DNA from: Convolutriloba macropyga
Lineage: Eukaryota
NCBI RefSeq assembly: GCF_964194025.1
Contig: NC_134480.1
Coordinates: forward strand, 4,898,001 to 4,962,000
Reading direction: 5' to 3'
DNA length: 64,000 bases
Part shown: in pieces, positions 60,461-64,000 of the stretch
Position numbering within the stretch: the stretch's first letter is position 1
Layout of the letters: the number at the start of each line of letters is the position of its first letter
Notes under the pieces: model-generated
What the model was told of the DNA's origin: nothing
Seen by the model: the letters and a program-made list of their open reading frames with translations, nothing else
Databases searched by the model: none
Made by a program: the position numbers and the translations under genes

Positions 60461-62849
60461 CTAAAAGTTCAACGCGTCAAATTTTCGGACGAGCGGTAGG
60501 GACGGTGATTTGTTTTCAGGTCAAGTTATGACCTAGTTTAGATTGAAATCTAGATTTGAAAACTTTAGAGAGTTATAAAGACAAGTCGGTTCTAAAGAAC
60601 AATAACGATAAATCTTTACATCTGCTCACGCTAGCTCAAATTTTTTTGCCGTAGAAAATCGATAGGTTAACCGTGAAAAACATTGAATGAATTTCGTCAC
60701 TTATTTTCACGAATAGTGTAATCAATTTTCACAATTAAATTTGAAACATAATTCTTCAATTAGCTTAAAACTTTACAGCTTGAATTACTTTTATAATTAT
60801 TTGAGACCCAATTCAGAGATTTCTAATTTTCAAAATTATTATAAGAGGCATGGTCTTGATGTGTGCGAATTGACAAATGGTATTCATAATTGGCAATTAG
60901 TACTACGAAAGACTTTTCTGCATTTAAAACTCAATTAGGGTAACTTTAAATTCTATCTGATAGAAAGTTGTAAACCAATTGTAGAATATAGATCCTTAAA
61001 CAGTTGACTATAAGCTAAAATGGCCAATAGTGACAACGAACGTTGATGAATGTGACAAACTGTTGCCACTATTTTTTAAGCTTACTCAGCAATAAGCATT
61101 GTGGATAAAAATGACGGTTAATCAAACTTATAAAGAATTTATTTTTACCCAGTGTCATGGATTTACTCACCCTAAAAACTCTAGTTTTAAACTATGGGTT
61201 AAGAAAAATTCTGAAAATTTTGAGAAATGTCACTCAATAAAATGAAACTTTTGTGGGGAATTGCAGCTTTTCAAATTTCTCTAAGAAAACAAAAATATCG
61301 ATCTCCAAACCTAGCTGAACATCAAATCAAAATATTTTATATGGTATCATTTAATACGAAAAAAGTTTTGGCGAAAAAAAAATGCGAGAGCGGCAGACGT
61401 GATCCCATTAAACTTTCATTTGATCGAAAACTTAAATGAGAGCCCCTCAAAAACCTCCAATGATCAACAATAATAATTTTTTGATGAATTTATTTAGCAT
61501 ATTTAACAAAAAAAATAAGGCAAAAAACAATTCACTTGAAATGCTTCAAAACTTGAGTTTTTACCCTCCTTTTTTCTTTTACAATTTTGGGATAAAATAA
61601 AAAAAAGATAACTCGGTTGCAATATTGCTTTTTTATATAAAATGAATGCATGAATTACAAAGAGAATCTTGACAAATCACTAAACGAAAAAAAGAAGATT
61701 AAACATCAGCACTCTTTCACCCGTGAACATTGTCATTAGAAATTTTAAACCTATATTTACTTATTAAAGCACAGCAAAAATTTTAAATGTCAATTTGGAT
61801 TTTTAATCTGAATTAAGAAAACTTACAACAAACTGTTTCCCAATTATCTCTTAACAATAATTGCTCTTAAAAACTTTTGTTTTATGTTTTAAATTAAGTT
61901 TTTGCGCTTGTTTAAATCATTCTATGCCAATATGTTTTTCATTACTGATTCCAGGACAGTCTAAAGACCCTATTGCGTGCCTCGCCTATGAAAGCAAAAA
62001 CAAGTTTTGAAAAACTGTTTTTTTATTTTTGATCAATTTTTGATCCATTTGAAGAAAATTATCTGTATTTGTAATAGTACTGTCCTGTTATAAGTGAACA
62101 TAATCAAGCTTATGTTCATAGTTTTCCAAGTAGATCAGAAGACCTACAGAAAAAGCCTAAACTATACTGCAATTATTTCTGAGCGCAAATATTTTTTAAT
62201 TATCTGCAATTTTGTGTTGAAATTTCAGAGAAACTTTTAAATTAACTTTTTAAATTAAAATTGAGAGCACAAATACGAAACATAGTAACGCAAAGTAACT
62301 CATAAATAGTAAAATATTTCCAACCTTAATTGATTTGGTGTTCAAAAAAATTTAAGAGCTTTGCTTATACAACGAATAACAAACAACTGGAGGAGAGTCA
62401 AGAAAATTAAAAATCATCGGAATCTGTTATAACCCGAATGAGATAAAAAGAAAAGGAAAAGAAGCAAATATCGACAACTAAAAAAAGTTAGTTAAAACGC
62501 AAATTGTACTCCAATAACAAAACATCCACTAAGACATAATATCAATGAACAAGTTGATTTTTGGATTACAGGGAATTGGATGGGAATTCTCAATAATTTT
62601 TTCAGATAAGATTAATATCATAAACTTTCAGAAATTTGCTGTAAACTGATTGCATTGGTTAAAATAATGCATCCACCCCTAAATTAGAAGCTTTTGGGAC
62701 CTCCAGCATTTTACAACTACATAAAGAATAAAAAACAGACAAAAACATCAAAATAAAAAAAAATGAGCATCGAAGCCGCTGGCATTTTCAATTAGTTTTT
62801 TAACCGCAATTGCCTTCTTCTTTTTAACAAAATGAACAGTTATATTGAA

Positions 62850-63960
62850 ACGATTACGTTTTTAAGATAGCCATTAACCTCAACAGTTATAAACGGAAGT
62901 CAATAAATACATTAATTTATGCATCGATGGGAAAACAAAAATTATTTCTATACATACGTAATCTATAGGACATCAAAATAGGTCTTACGACTATGAAAAC
63001 ATCAACAAATACAGGCAGAGACCACAAATTCAGTAGAAAAAAGCAACAAGTGTCAAAGCCATTAAAACCATAAGCTTTTCTCTGAAGACTTATCCATTGA
63101 AGGTCCCTTCGGAGCCAATAGTAGCTATCCATATAAGGATAATGTGATAAGATTTCAAAGCATAACCGAAATAATGAAAAAATATTTTCTTAAAAATTCA
63201 AAAAAATATTCAAAAGTTAGAAAAATTGATACCATTGATAGGTTCACTTAATGCTCATTAGGAAACCTTTTGCACTTTTAATCAACGAGTGTATGCGAAA
63301 AGACTACAAAATTTAAAATCTCAAAAAGAAAATCAAAATTTCATCTATTATTACGATAATTCAAAGTCGAAGCAAAAAAACATAAGGGATTCCTTGAAAA
63401 CGATTTTTTTTTCAAGGAATGCATTATTTGACTGTAATTAAGGTTTTTCATTAACGGAACCTCGATATAAAACGTGACTAGTCTCTATGTGACATAAGAA
63501 AAAAATATGAAAAACTTTCTATAAAACAGCTCTCAAATAGAATTCGATTTTTTTTAGTAAACTTCTCTATGAAACCAGAATTAAAATTTTTTTATCGCCT
63601 TTCGTCTAATAGGAACACAAAATTGATTTTTTTTTGTGCGTGAAATGTAATTTTGAATTATTATTTCTATAGAAAATATCTTAATTTGAAGAAAAATTAC
63701 ACTAAAAGTGAACAAGGAAAATCTCACACAAAAGTCTCATGTTCACACAAAATTTCAACCCTCGATAACTCCTCGTAAAAAATGAAATTCAAAAAACTCT
63801 TTTTTATTTCGAATTCTACGCTGGACGAGCTTTTTAATGATACCACTCACATTTCTCAACGATGAATATATTGATCGGCCAAAATTGATTGAACAAAAAA
63901 CCCATTTGAGAATACAGTTCCTCCCACCCCCCCCCCCCCCGAGATGGAGTCGGAACGATG
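62850..63960 (-). repeat. Solitary inverted monomer of the 26.5-36.7-kb satellite unit, within a kinesin intron
   Basis: GATAGGTTCACTTAATGCT (~63237), CATTAACGGAACCTCGATAT (~63449), TGATACCACTCACATTTCTC (~63838) and GATCGGCCAAAATTG (~63873) are reverse complements of satellite blocks, in collinear order. Confidence 0.88.
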
Positions 63961-64000
63961 AGTGTAGAGTAGAGAAAAATGAGGTCGACTATTTGACTTC

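Noticed and set aside
60461-64000. Upstream kinesin motor exons
   Set aside because: No motor motifs (LVDLAGSE, IPYR, GKS) were found by eye. The region is intron and repeat, so these exons probably lie beyond the window.

Overview
AT-rich eukaryotic (invertebrate animal-like) genomic DNA. The left 38 kb has no host gene that I can identify and is a transposon graveyard. It holds a decayed + strand LINE (esterase-type ORF1, RT, (CTA)n tail) and several decayed Ty3/gypsy relics, all on the - strand. Two gag/protease-derived segments have been amplified in tandem (4 x ~1667 bp; 3 x ~1.1-1.3 kb). There is also a 92-bp spacerless palindrome and a ~10-kb complex satellite with 1.4-1.8-kb higher-order units. 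The right 25 kb carries the last ten exons of a kinesin-3 (KIF1A/KIF1B/unc-104-like) gene on the - strand, ~1386 codons by my manual splicing; the start of the motor domain lies beyond the window. Its introns contain a full-length but frameshifted Mag-like Ty3/gypsy LTR element (5-bp TSD, PBS, PPT), a truncated second copy beside a 200-N gap, several MITE/fold-back elements, and minisatellites that abut splice sites. The most unusual observation is that one kinesin intron (55413-55990) splices in frame only with a non-canonical GA donor, and its first ~22 nt are complementary to its own branch-point region. All family assignments come from recalled protein motifs, not database searches.
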